Shown here piece after piece: positions 52,320 to 64,000 of a stretch of DNA of 64,000 bases; position 1 is the stretch's first letter, and each line of letters starts with the position of its first letter. The notes under the pieces are model-generated. The model ran no database searches. It saw only the letters and a program-made list of their open reading frames with translations, and had not been told where the DNA came from. This stretch comes from Octopus vulgaris (lineage: Eukaryota): assembly GCA_951406725.2 (NCBI GenBank), contig OX597829.1, positions 36,890,001 through 36,954,000 of the forward strand. Direction: 5' to 3'. The position numbers were made by a program, and so were the translations under genes.

Positions 52320-52855
52320 TTAAAGTAAACAGAAAATGGAGAGATATTGATCAACAACACTTGACTAACATCGATTATTATTTTTTAATACAAAACTTTA
52401 TCCCATCTAACAGCTGTTTCTGCTTCCAGTGTCTTATGGTGTTGCCATTCAAAATTCTCAGAATAATGTTTTTCATATTTTGTAACACATCCAATTTGGA
52501 ACATGGAGCTTCATCAGAGTGAAGAAAAATACATAAATGAAAGAGAAGAGGAAGAGCCTCCTGAAGTGTTGTACTGCAAATTGTATGATTAAAATATATT
52601 AAGCATTCATTCCCCTTCCTGTAGCTCTTTCTCTTATCTTTTCTTTTATGTATTTTTTTTCACTCTGATGAATCTCCATGTTCTAGATTGTATTACAAAA
52701 TATGATGAACATTATTCTCAGAATTTTCAATGGTAACCCTGTAAGGGATTGGAAGCAGAAATGGCTGTTAGATGGGATAAAGTTTTGTATTAAAATATAA
52801 TAATCGATGTTAGTCAACTATTGTTGATCAAGATTGTTCCATTTTCTGCTTAATT

Positions 52856-52862
<7 letters not shown>
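52317..52862. repeat. Diverged long palindrome (~240-bp arms) with mirror hammerhead motifs
   Basis: Arms complementary; CTGATGA..GAAACAGCTGTT on minus (52405-52521) and its mirror on plus (52661-52775). Confidence 0.85.
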
Positions 52863-52923
<61 letters not shown>

Positions 52924-52983
52924 CATATATATATGAATATATCTGTATATATATTTACACACACACACACACATATATACATA

Positions 52984-53037
<54 letters not shown>

Positions 53038-53301
53038 CATGTGTATAGAGTGTTAGGTGTGATGTACAGAAATTGAATATTGAGTAAGAAGTTGTCAGAA
53101 TTTTGGTAAAAAATCCTTTTATTTCTTCATTATTATTAGGGCTTTCATTATTTTCTAGAACTTGTCAAATAAAATTTTGTAAGTGTACAAACAGCTTGTT
53201 CATTTATATAAAACAGACGATTTTTTGGGTTTTGTTTAGAAGAGAATATTGTTTTTGTGGGTTTTTTTCAGCGGGGATAGATAGATAAATAGATAGATAG
53301 T

Positions 53302-53362
<61 letters not shown>

Positions 53363-53778
53363 GGATAGATAGATATATAGTCAGATAGATGGACAGATAG
53401 GTAGAAGGAAAGAGAGAGAAGGGTATCTACCTTCCAATTCACCAGTCATTCATTTATTCATTTATCTAGTTCTTTACCATTGTATTGGAATAGGTTTAAG
53501 GACGGTGACCTCTTCAAAAGAATAAATAAATAAATTTTTAAATATATATACAAAAAATAAAATAAAAAATAAAAACAGGTGCCTTTTGGTCATCATTGAA
53601 AGTCATTTTGCTTTCTTTCTCTTTTCCCTTTTCTTTCATACATAAAGCTAGAACATCCCAATGCTACACATAGATATATCTATCTGAACATTTGTAGAGA
53701 TGAGCCACATTTGGAATGAAGAACTCAAATTTTCCACTTTACCTTCAAACGTTCAATTTTAGGGAGAATCCCTTGATG

Positions 53779-53817
<39 letters not shown>

Positions 53818-53939
53818 TGGTTGGGAACATGTCCATATTTATACTGTGTAACTTCGATCATGCCTCTTTCAATTTCATGATTAGAGCACATTAGTATAAC
53901 ACTAACAAAGTGTACCGTCTCTGTTTCTCTTTCAAACAT

Positions 53940-54900
53940 TCAATTTTGGAGAGACATTTTTGATGAAATGTAGTTCCATTGCTTTTCGGTATTGCTGACT
54001 GACTCATGCACATTTGTAAAAGGGAAAAATTTTGAATTTCCATTGCTGCATATTTCCAGGTGCTTCCTTAATGGAATCTTGCATAATTCTTCTTGTCAGA
54101 TATGTTGCCTGTGGATTCATGCACGTTGGCAGAGGGAATTATTTGTTTCACCAATGTAATTTTCTTTGCAGTTTGGGCAGGTAATGCAGAATATGAGGTT
54201 TTGTGTTTTGCAGTTCATATCTGCATTTATTTTGAAAAGGGATCCACTCTTGAATTTTATGTGGGAACCACTTTCCAAGTATTTGAAGTTGTTGATATTG
54301 TAGCATGTTCCACATCTCCTATCTCCACATTATTTGACTAAGAATTCTGATTCATTCTCTGATTTGAATTCTGTTCATGTGAAGTGTTTTTAAGATTTTT
54401 TGGTTGGTGTCTGCTATTTCATAAGGTGTATTTTTCAATCAGTGTTTGCATTTAGGAGTATAGGTATTCCTATACTTTCTGGTATGAAAGATGTTGGTTA
54501 TTCCAGGACTGTGTGTTAAGAAACAGAATCCTGTTTTCATTAACTCTTTCCTTAAGTGCCCATAGTTGGGTGATGTTCAGTTTCATCACTTTTTTAATTC
54601 CCTCATTAATTAATCCTAAGGGGTATTTCTGCATTGTGAGGAATCCTTTGAGTTCGTTGAGTCGGGTTTCACATATTTTGGAGTCAGTCACTATAGCACA
54701 AATGTGTCTTGCCATGCTGTATGGAATGTTTCTTTTGATGTATGATGGATGGCAAGAGTAGAAGTTTAAATATTGGTGTGTGTCAGTTTTTTTGTAAAAT
54801 ATGTCTGTTATGACTGTAGAGTTCTGTATTTTTATGTGGATATCCAGAAATGGTAGTTCATTGCAAGTGGATTCTATCATGAATTTGATGGATGGGTGAA
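53940..54900 (-). mobile_element. Penelope-like element fragment (RT C-terminus plus degenerate GIY-YIG)
   Basis: ELPFLDIHI..TDIFYKKTDTHQYLNFYSCHP..NIPYSMA..ICAIV. Confidence 0.88.
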
Positions 54901-54939
54901 ATATGTATGTATATATATATATTTATGTATGTATGTACC

Positions 54940-55012
54940 GGGGTCGATTTGCTCGACTAAAGGCGGTGCTCCAGCATGGCCGCAGTCAAATGACTGAAAC
55001 AAGTAAAAGAGA
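54940..55012 (+). mobile_element. 3' fragment of another SINE family (family E)
   Basis: GCTCCAGCATGGCCGCAGTCAAATGACTGAAACAAGTAAAAGA; related pieces near 170, 10575, 26790 and 58410. Confidence 0.65.
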
Positions 55013-55519
55013 AAAAGAGAAAAAAGAGAAATATGTATATATGTGTATGTATATATATATATATATATATGTTGAATGCACTCAAAAAGAACCTGTGGAA
55101 AAAATTAGTTCACAACAAAGTACAAATGGGCTCTTTACGAAATATTTACTCAAGATCGAGACAGGCATGTGAATAGAAGGATCGGTGAGAATGGTAAAGG
55201 GAGAAGCAGGAGAGATCAGGGATTGGACACTTGGAGAGCTGAGCATCTGGCGAAACAAAGGGAAAGAGACAAAAGCAGATGTCATGAACTGGATGCTCAT
55301 GTGAATACAAATGGAATAAAATAAATTTTTCGTAAATTGGATCATGGGTTACTGAGATACATGTTTTTTCAGATTCCTTTATAAATAGCCAAACCAGCAT
55401 ATAATGGGGAAAATGCTTTGAAAGTAAGGTGCCACTGAAATGTGAATACTCTAAGAATAACAGAAGTTTTGTGTAAATTGGACTACAAATTCCTGAAATA
55501 TGTGGTTTTTTGGGGTACC

Positions 55520-55556
55520 TTGATAGTACAAGAGGGTGAGGAATAGGGAGAAAGTG

Positions 55557-55601
<45 letters not shown>

Positions 55602-57352
55602 ATATGTGTGTGTGTATGTATGTGTGTGTGTGTTTGTATCTGAAAGGAGTGTCAATGGAAAAGAGAAAGAAAGGAAGAAGGAAGAGAGAAAGAAGAAAAA
55701 ATGTGTTGACATCTTTGCAGCTGGTCAGTTCTTTCAATAAAAAATGATTCTTGGCTTTTAGAAATAACAAACCCAAGTGGTCACTTCGGGGATAGGGGGT
55801 GTTATTTTTCAAAACAAATTGTCTGGATTTTTTTTCATTGTCTTGAGAGAGAGTGTGTGTGTGTGTGTGGGGGGGTGTATGTGCATGTGTGTGGGTGCCT
55901 GTGTATCTGAAAGGAGTGGCAATGGTTTTCCATCTTGCCAATGATAAAAAGAAGGAAAGAAAGAAGGAAGAGAGGAAGAAGAAATAATTGAATTGACATC
56001 TATACTGCTGTTCAGTTCTTTCAATCCAATATTTGATTCCTGTGCTGATATGGGTTGGAGAATCTGGATGTAAGATTGTTTTTATTTATGTATATGTACA
56101 TATGTGTAGTACTGTATGTGTGTGTGTGTGTATTTAATACAATTTACTTTAAAAAATTGGTCCTTCATCTAGTACAAATTATTATAGAAATATTTTCAGC
56201 CATTCAATTTTGGGGAGAACTTTGTTATGAAGTATTTTTTCCATATTTTTCCTGAAGGAGGTGTCATTCTTTGGGCATTTATAGAAGGGAAAGATCTTAA
56301 ATTTTCCTTCTCCACATGTATCTAGGTGTTTACTCAGTGGAATCTTTCACAGTTCCTCCTGTTGGACATGTCAGTGAATTCTGGCTCGTCGGCATAAAGA
56401 ATTTCCAGTTTCGCCCATATAATTCTCCTTGCATGTGGGGCAAGTTATACAGTACATTACATTCTGCGTCTTGCAGTTCATGTCTGCATTTACTTTGAAT
56501 ATGTGGCCACTCTTAAATTTGATTTGATTGTCTCCCTCTATACATTTGTAGGTAGGGTTACTTCAGATCCCACATCTACCATCTCTGCACTCTTTTACAA
56601 AGAATTTGGTTTTAGTCTCTGATGAGAATTTCGCTCTTGTTAGTTGTTTCTTCAGGTTTTTGTCTTGGCGTTTACTGTTTTTTATGCAATATTTGTTTAA
56701 TATGTTTCCCATTTTGGGGCTTTGTAGGACTATTGGTAAATTCGAATGTACGATTTGAAACATGTTGGTAACTCCAGGGTTGTGTGTGTTTATGAAAGGA
56801 ATAATGTTTTCTTTGTTTTTTGTTTTTGGAGTTCTGAGTTGTGCTCTTGAGATTACATTTTTTATTAATTTGAGTGGGTATTTTTGTTCTAGTAGGAAGT
56901 TTTTAAGTTCATTTAGTCTTATTTGTCGTGTGATTGCGAGTTGGTAACTATGCTGCAAATGCATCTTGCCATACTATATGGAATGTTTTTTTTTATGTGG
57001 GATGAGTGGCAGGAGTAGAACATTAAATTTCTACACACACACACACACACACTCTCTCTCTCTCTCTCACAAGACAATGATAAAAAGAAATCCAGACAAT
57101 TTTTTTTGAAAAATAACATTTTACCCCCCTCGAAGTGACCACCTAGGTTTGCCATTTCTAAAGCCAAGAATCATTTTATATTGAAAGAACTGACCAGCTG
57201 CAAAGATGTCAACACATTTTTTCTTCTTTCTCTCTTCCTTCTTCCTTTCCTTCGCTTTTCCATTGACACTCTTTTCAGATACAAAAGCACACACACACAT
57301 ACACACACACTCTCTCACTTTCTCCCCATTCCTCACCCTCTTGTACTATCTC
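55520..57352. repeat. ~340-bp inverted repeats (55520-55860 and 57035-57352) bracketing a PLE fragment
   Basis: GATAGTACAAGAGGGTGAGGAAT...TCTTGAGAGAGAG mirrored; partial third copy near 55900-56030. Confidence 0.85.
56170..57025 (-). mobile_element. Penelope-like element fragment (RT C-terminus plus GIY-YIG)
   Basis: FYSCHSSHIKKNIPYSMARCICSIV; IPFINTHNP; KRQDKNLKKQLTRAKF..ECRDGRCG. Confidence 0.85.
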
Positions 57353-57972
57353 ATATCTCTCTCCACTCGTACACACTCAATAATACTATAAAAAGAGACA
57401 AAATTCCTGAAGTTCAATCTGATGACTTCACTAAAATGGACGCAAGCGCTAATATATCTCTTATTATAAAAGGCAGATTTTATCTGCCTCCCTTTGGGAG
57501 TTATACAAATCTACAATATAGGATTTCTTCAATTACAATTTACCTAGCATTTTTGAGAATACAATGCATCGCGTCATGCCAGGTCCAGTTTTTAAATTTT
57601 AAACTCCAATTAAGCAAAATTTACAGAAAACTCACATTCTGGTGTGTGTGTCAAATGCTTTTCTTAGTCTGGTTTACAGCACACGCAAACGCACACACAC
57701 AGTGGGCAACGAATAAAATGAAAGTAATTGACTTACTGTAGTGAGTGATTCTTTCACTCTGCCTCCCACTTTCTCTTTCAACACATAGACACGCAAATAT
57801 ATAAATAAAATTGTAAGCTAACGTGCGTGTGTGTGAGTGGGTGTGTGTGGGTGTGCGCGTGTGTGTGTGTGTGTGAGGGTGCGTGTGTGTGTGTGTGTGT
57901 GCGTGTGCGTGAGTGTGTGACAGGAAAGTTTTTTACGACGAATATAACACCTATATCCAAGTAGCAGAAAGA

Positions 57973-58343
57973 TAAGACAGTAAGGTGTGATTTGAGGGAG
58001 ATTTGGCTGCTATTTCTACCATGTCTAGCTGCCATGTAGGGGTCTCCCTCATAGGCTCATACATACATATATACATAGATAAGACAGTAAGGTGTGATTT
58101 GGGGGAAATTTGGCTGCTATTTCTACCAGGTCTAGCTGCCATGTAGGGGTCTCCCTCATAGGCTCATACATACATATATACATAGATAAGACAGTAAGGT
58201 GTGATTTGGGGGAAATTTGGCTGCTATTTCTACCAGGTCTAGCTACCATGTAGAGGTCCCCCTCATTGGCTCATATATATATACATACATAAGACAGTAA
58301 GGTGTGATTTGAGGGAGATTTGGCTGCTGTTTCTACCAGGTCT
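57973..58343 (+). repeat. ~107-bp minisatellite, 3.5 copies
   Basis: Units starting TAAGACAGTAAGGTGTGATTTG at 57973, 58080, 58187 and 58290. Confidence 0.92.
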
Positions 58344-58708
58344 GTTAGGCCTTCTCATGTAAACTCAAGCTTTCTCATGCCTTGAACATAAGACCAAAGC
58401 AGAGAATGTATTCTTTTATTCTTCTGCTTTTTCCAGCCATTGGTCTGTGGCCATGCTGGGGCAATGCCTTGAAGAATTGTAGTTTAATGAATCAACTCCA
58501 GTTTTATTTTTGTAAGCATTGTACTTATTCTATCTGTTTCCTTTGTCAAACCACTAGGTGACAGGGATGTAAACAAACCAACATTCGTTGTCAAGCAGTG
58601 GTGGAGGACAATCACAAGCACAGACACGCACACACACACACATACATGCATACACATATACACACATACATACATACATACATATATATATATGTGTGTA
58701 TATATATA

Positions 58709-58968
58709 TTGCAGCCTGGAAGGTGTTTCTAAGCCATTAAAGAAACACACAAAAACCGTTACATTCACTTCAACATTTAAATTTAATTTGCCAAAAATAT
58801 TTTCGTCGCTTTGAGACCGCGACCTGTTCACTGACAAAAATATCGTGCTAACAGGTCGCGGTCTCAAAGCGACGAAAATATTTTGACAAATTAAATTTAA
58901 ATGTTGAAGTGAATCTAACGGTTTTTGTGTGTTTCTTAAATGGCTTATAAACACCTTCAACGCTGCAA
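58709..58968. repeat. Long palindrome (~120-bp arms, ~20-bp spacer)
   Basis: TTGCAGCCTGGAAGGTGTTT... mirrored by ...AAACACCTTCAACGCTGCAA. Confidence 0.92.
58787..58838 (-). ncRNA. Candidate hammerhead ribozyme with G3-C8 swapped core
   Basis: Minus strand: TTTGTCA GTGAACA G GTCGC-loop-GCGAC GAAA ATAT TT (T)TGGCAAA. Confidence 0.6.
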
Positions 58969-59120
58969 CTGTTTTCATTCCAGCACACGATCTCAGATCA
59001 AGTCACTTGCTATGCAAGTACATCTCTGTAACTATATATATATATATATATGTATATTGGTAAAAACAGTAAGATAACAAAAGAAAGAAAGAGACCTCAA
59101 TATTATGTAAATAGAGGAAA

Positions 59121-59498
59121 TCTTTATATATAAAAGTGAGGTTGTGTGTCTGTCTCCTACGATTTAGATTCCTAACTACTCCCACATTTTGCGGTGCAGT
59201 ATCTTATAGTCGTGATTCATATCGAGACCGTCTGGGTATTAGCGCGCGTCTACGATGAGTCTACGATTTAAAAAAAATTTACCATCAATTTTTCCCATTT
59301 TTAATCCATTTTTGACATATATAAGGGAAGTAACTCTCTAAAATTTATTATTAAATCTCAGAACGTAAAAAGCTACAGTAACACTCCTCCCCCTTTGTGG
59401 TTAGCCATATTGAGATGGCTATTATACTTTACATCTCTAAAAATGCTTATATAATTATTTCCCTTACAAACCCGAGCAACGCCGGGCGATACTGCTAG
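59121..59498 (+). mobile_element. Complete non-autonomous Helitron
   Basis: 5' TC, 3' hairpin CCCGAGCAACGCCGGG (59471-59486), terminal CTAG, inserted between A and T without TSD. Confidence 0.88.
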
Positions 59499-60309
59499 TG
59501 ATTTATAAAAACATGTGACATTAATAAATATCTGTAAATATAAAACCATCCAGATTTCTGAGTACCTTATTTTTTCTAATACATAATACCTGTACATCAT
59601 CTCCAAACCTAATATATATATATGCACACTCTTAACCTTACTGTCTCTATTTTTCTAACCTTACTGTCCCCCTCTCATTCTTCATTCTTTCTGGTTTTCT
59701 CTACCATTCTCTCTCTTTCACCGTTCCCTTTCTCTTACTCCTCCTCCCTCTCATCGCTGACATGTGACCAGAGTCCTGTCTTTCTGACCACAGCCTTCAA
59801 CAAGTATAGACGGCATCCTGTCCCTTTCTCACACGTTCAAAATAATTTTTCTTTCGTTCAGCTTAACAGCCCTTAACGTTCGTATTACTGTTATTCTACT
59901 TGTCCTGTCGTTTACTGTTTTTAATTTATTTGTATTTTTACAGTCTTGTATTGTTTTTACTGTTTTGTTTTTATTACCATTTTTACCCCTCCACAAAAAT
60001 TCTCAAATTCTATTTAATTTGATTTGCGGGAAGGACCGTTTCACCGAAGTCATGTCTCGCCTTTACCTTTGAAACGTGGAGTAGACAAAACGGAGGCAAC
60101 TGAAGAAGGGGAATTTTCCTTGTGTTGTATGTCTTGTACTCTGTTTTATCGTTGTTTAAAAAAAAAAAGTCTGTTTCCATGGTTCTGTTTTTGTTTTCGT
60201 TTCTCATTGTGTTTGATGTTTTTTTGGTGTCCTGTACCTATATATGCACGTATATATACATATAGATGTAGGTACGTACATATATGTATATGTTTTATTT
60301 ATTATTTTG

Positions 60310-60344
<35 letters not shown>

Positions 60345-61008
60345 ATTCACAATAACTGTGAAGTTTGTTTATTTTTTGGTCATCTTTTTTGCATTAAATG
60401 CTGGAAATTACAAAATGTGTATTGTTTACTCTTTTTTATCATTTGTCTCATTAAATACTTAAAACATGTTTTCTTGTCTTAATATTGCCTTGAATGTTTT
60501 GTTGTCATAAGATTGTAGTCACATGCAAAACGACAGCTTCCAAATCCTGTTTTCTGACTGGGTAAAAATCATCAAACCTTAAACGTCAGTAACTCTTTAA
60601 AAAAAATTTGGGGAACAAGAGAATAATGGCCTGAAATTCACCATGAAAAACTGCCTTAATACACCAAACTTGAAAATTTTCCCTTGATTTTAAAATTTCA
60701 AAAAGTGAAGGAAAACAGAAAAAAACTATACGCGCATGTTTATGTGTGTTTTAATGTTTAGATACATGTGTGCTGTGTATAGTGTTCCCAGATGTGTCTA
60801 ACTGTGCATGCACACATGCCTTCATATTGATGTCCAAATATGAGTGTTGCATGTAATATGTTTATGTGTGTATTTGTTTTCACTTGTATTGTATCTGTAT
60901 ATTCTATAAGTTTCGTAGCATGATATACTAAGGGGCTTTTTTTATGAATACCACTGGATTGAGTCCAAATATTGTGACCTAAGTTTACATAAAAATATAT
61001 ATGTATAT

Positions 61009-61297
61009 GTGGAGGCATAATGGCCCAGTGGTTAGGGCAGCAAACTCGTGGTTTCGATTCCCAGACCGGGCCTTGTGAGTGTTTATTGAGCGAAAACACC
61101 TAAAGCTCCACGAGGCTCCAGCAGGGGGTAGTGGTGATCCCTACTGTACTCTTTCGCCACAACTTTCTCTCACTCTTTCTTCTGTTGGCCTGCTCACTTA
61201 GCCAGCGGGGTGGTGTCATTTGAAGGCTAAAACAATGCGAAGTGCATTGTGACCAGCGATGTATAGCAACATGTGATAGCCTGGTTGGTCACGGTGA
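61009..61297 (+). mobile_element. tRNA-derived SINE family C
   Basis: A box TGGCCCAGTGG and B box GGTTTCGATTCCC; 5' half matches 13887-14275. Confidence 0.85.
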
Positions 61298-62004
61298 TGT
61301 GTATATGTATGTGTGTGTGTATACATACATAAATATTTGCATACTGACATGACGTATGACTTCTCGTCATCACTGTTATATCAAATGTTCCTGATGTTCT
61401 CTTATTACTCTCCAACTGTGCATCTTCAATAAGCACTCCACGATATCTCTATTCAATAATTCCTACAACCTGTACGCTATGATTGCACATATGACACTCC
61501 TCTCAGACTGTTCTGCGCATGCTCATTTATACAAACTAGTATAGTTCATTCAGCCAATCATAGGGATGTACAGATTCCCCATACAACACCTCACCCTTTG
61601 AGATTGACTTTCCTTTTATTTATTTATTTATTATTTCCTTGGGGAGAAATTGGCAAATGTTTTTAATTTAGAATCGATCTCTAACATCTCCATCTGCTTG
61701 TGCACTGGTTCAACCCTTTCCTGCAGCATTAGAATATCAAATATATCATAAAGTATTTCCATAGGCTCTTCCTGCCTTTTCTGTCCTTCTGTGTATCTCA
61801 TTTTTATTTGATTTACATCTCATATGCTCACACGTCTGCGCTTTCACCATATATATTACTCTGTTAAGACATTTGGTTATTTGTCCATGTTCTCAACTTT
61901 GTATATTTAAAAAAAAGACTGTTTTACCTATATTGAAATAGTTTGTATCATTAACAGTATTCTTCTGTATTTGTTGTTTCTTTCCTAGTAACAATTTATC
62001 AAAT

Positions 62005-63900
62005 ATGAAGTCTTCTGGCAAGGTTACATGGATGGTGTAGGGGGTGTTGGCATACTCCTTCCAGAGAAATGGGTGGATAAGGTCATAGAGGTTGTCAGGG
62101 TATGCGATAGAGTGATTAAGCTCAGGCTAGTCCTGCAAAACAGCACAGCTACAATTATCTCTGCCCATGCCCCACATGTGGGGGCTACCAGAAGGACCAC
62201 TTTTATGATAACCTTCTACAGGCTACATCAAAGACAGGTGGCAATGACCTCATCTTTGTGGCTGGAGACTTTAATGGGTGTGTTGGGCGGGAATCTGGTA
62301 TCTTCACTGGGGTACACAGTGGCCATGGTATTGGCACCCAAAATGATCAGGAAACTAGGGTACTGGAGTTCTGTGATGCATATAACCTTAATCTGCAACA
62401 CTAACTTCAGGAAGCCAGACAGCCACCTTATAACCTATCAATCAGGGGACTCTGCTAGCCAGATTGATTTCATCCTCACCAGACAGCAGGACGCAGGGCT
62501 GCTCTTAAATACAAAGACCCTCCTGGGTGAAGAATGTATCCCCCAGCATAGGCTAGTCATTAGTGACCTTAAGCTCAAGGCCAGAAGGATACCAAGAAGC
62601 AGACCAATCCCAAAAAGAAGGATTTGGAAGCTAAAGAACTCTTCACATGGTCAGAGATTTAGGGACATCCTCAACAAGAAATTTGATGAGAGGGAGGAGG
62701 AGCTACAGATCCCTTATCTGGTGGACAATGCGGAAACTGGAGATTGATGAATGGTTAATAAGGGCTGTACAGGTCCTATACAGAGAGGCCATTAGTAAGG
62801 TTAGGATTGGCAATGAGTATAGTGAAGAATTCCGGGTAGAAGTAGGGGTCCACCAAGGTTCAGCCCTCAGTCCCCTTTTATTCATCATAGTCCTCTAGGC
62901 AATAACAGAAGAATTCAAGACGGGTTGCCCCTGGGAGCTTCTCTATGCTGATGACCTGGTCCTCATAGCAGAATCACTACTGGAACTAGAAAAGAAATTT
63001 CGGGTGTGGAAGCAAGGTTTAGAATTAAAAGGCCTTAGAGTCAATGTAGCAAAGACCAAAGTTATAGTAAGTAGGCAGGCAAACTCATCACACACCCCCT
63101 CATGTAGGTGGCCCTGCTTGATCTGAAGAAAAGATGTAGGTAGAAACTCCATAAGATGTACCCAGTGAAAGCTATGGATGCATACGAGATGCAGCAACAT
63201 CAGAGGAAAATTAACCGAGAAGATAGCTTTCATGTGCAGCAGATGCACAGGGGCAATAGACACCACAGATACTCAGAAAACAGATTCCATCACATTCCAT
63301 GGGGAGAAACTAGAAGTAGTTGATAGCTTCTGCTACCTAGGTGACCAAGTTAGTAGTGGAGGTGAATGCTCAGAGAGTATCACCACTAGAATACAAAAAG
63401 CCTGGGCAAAGTTTAGAAAGCTTCTACTCCTACTGGTGACAAAGGGTCTCTTGTTCAGCGTGAAAGGTAGATTGTACACTGCATGTGTGTGAACTGCCAT
63501 GCTTCACAGTAGTGAAACATGGGCTGTGTCTGCAGATGACATGTGTAGGCTTGAAAGGAATTAAACTAGCATGATCCACTGGATGTGTAATGTCAGTGTG
63601 CACACATGACAGAGTGTAAGCACCCTGAGAGAAATGCTGGACATAAGAAGTATTGGATGTGGCGTGCAAGGGAGACGTTTGCACTGGTATGGTCATGTAC
63701 TACGGATGGATGAGGAGAGATGTGTGAAGAAGTGCCACTCCCAAACAGTTGAAGGAATCCAGGGTAGAGGTAGACCCAGGAAGACATGGGATGAGGTGGT
63801 CAAGCATGACCTTCGAACGTTGGGCCTCACAGAGGCAATGACGAAAGACCAAGATCTCTGGAGATATGCAAAGACCCGACAAATAATGTGAGTTCATGGC
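62005..63900 (+). mobile_element. RTE-clade LINE, internally deleted and inactive (EN plus RT)
   Basis: GVGILL.EKWVDKV, ICNTNFRKP..QIDFIL, GVHQGSALSPLLF, LYADDL, FCYLG, GRGRPRKTW; several stops; EN joined to mid-RT at about 62720. Confidence 0.93.
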
Positions 63901-64000
63901 TGCTTCCTGCACCAGTTTCACATAGCCCCAGCCCATCCAAAGTACCTTGGATTGCAGGATGGCCTGCTGTGTTTACCTTGGATTATAGGGTGACCTGCTG

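Noticed and set aside
60088-60125. CTGAAGA followed by hairpin AGGGGAA/TTCCTT
   Set aside because: No GAAA follows the hairpin, so it is not a hammerhead
61009-61075. tRNA gene
   Set aside because: A and B boxes belong to a SINE head; the anticodon arm is deleted and no full cloverleaf forms

Overview
AT-rich, repeat-dense animal DNA, not prokaryotic. The SINE, MITE and microsatellite content suggests a coleoid cephalopod, probably Octopus (recognised by eye, no database search). One gene is clear: THG1L (tRNA-His guanylyltransferase) on the minus strand. It has five GT-AG coding exons (24157-23904, 19381-19205, 17437-17268, 16301-16213, 13159-13052), an N-terminal extension resembling a mitochondrial presequence, and a probable 5'UTR exon and CpG-rich promoter near 32.8-33.45 kb. 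Its expected last exon was not found. A probable terminal exon of an unidentified membrane-protein gene lies on the + strand (5379-5707). The rest is transposon debris: several SINE families, RTE and HERO LINE fragments, Penelope-like elements (PLEs), mariner/Tc1, hAT, piggyBac-type and telomere-repeat MITEs, Helitrons and long microsatellites. The most interesting signal is a set of minimal hammerhead-ribozyme motifs, mostly at 42.6-59 kb. Many sit as mirror pairs in long DNA palindromes and carry non-canonical cores (G3-C8 swap, U3.G8, A.A at the base of stem II, extra purine after A9). All RNA structures were folded by eye and activity is untested. Most ORFs in the supplied track are spurious.
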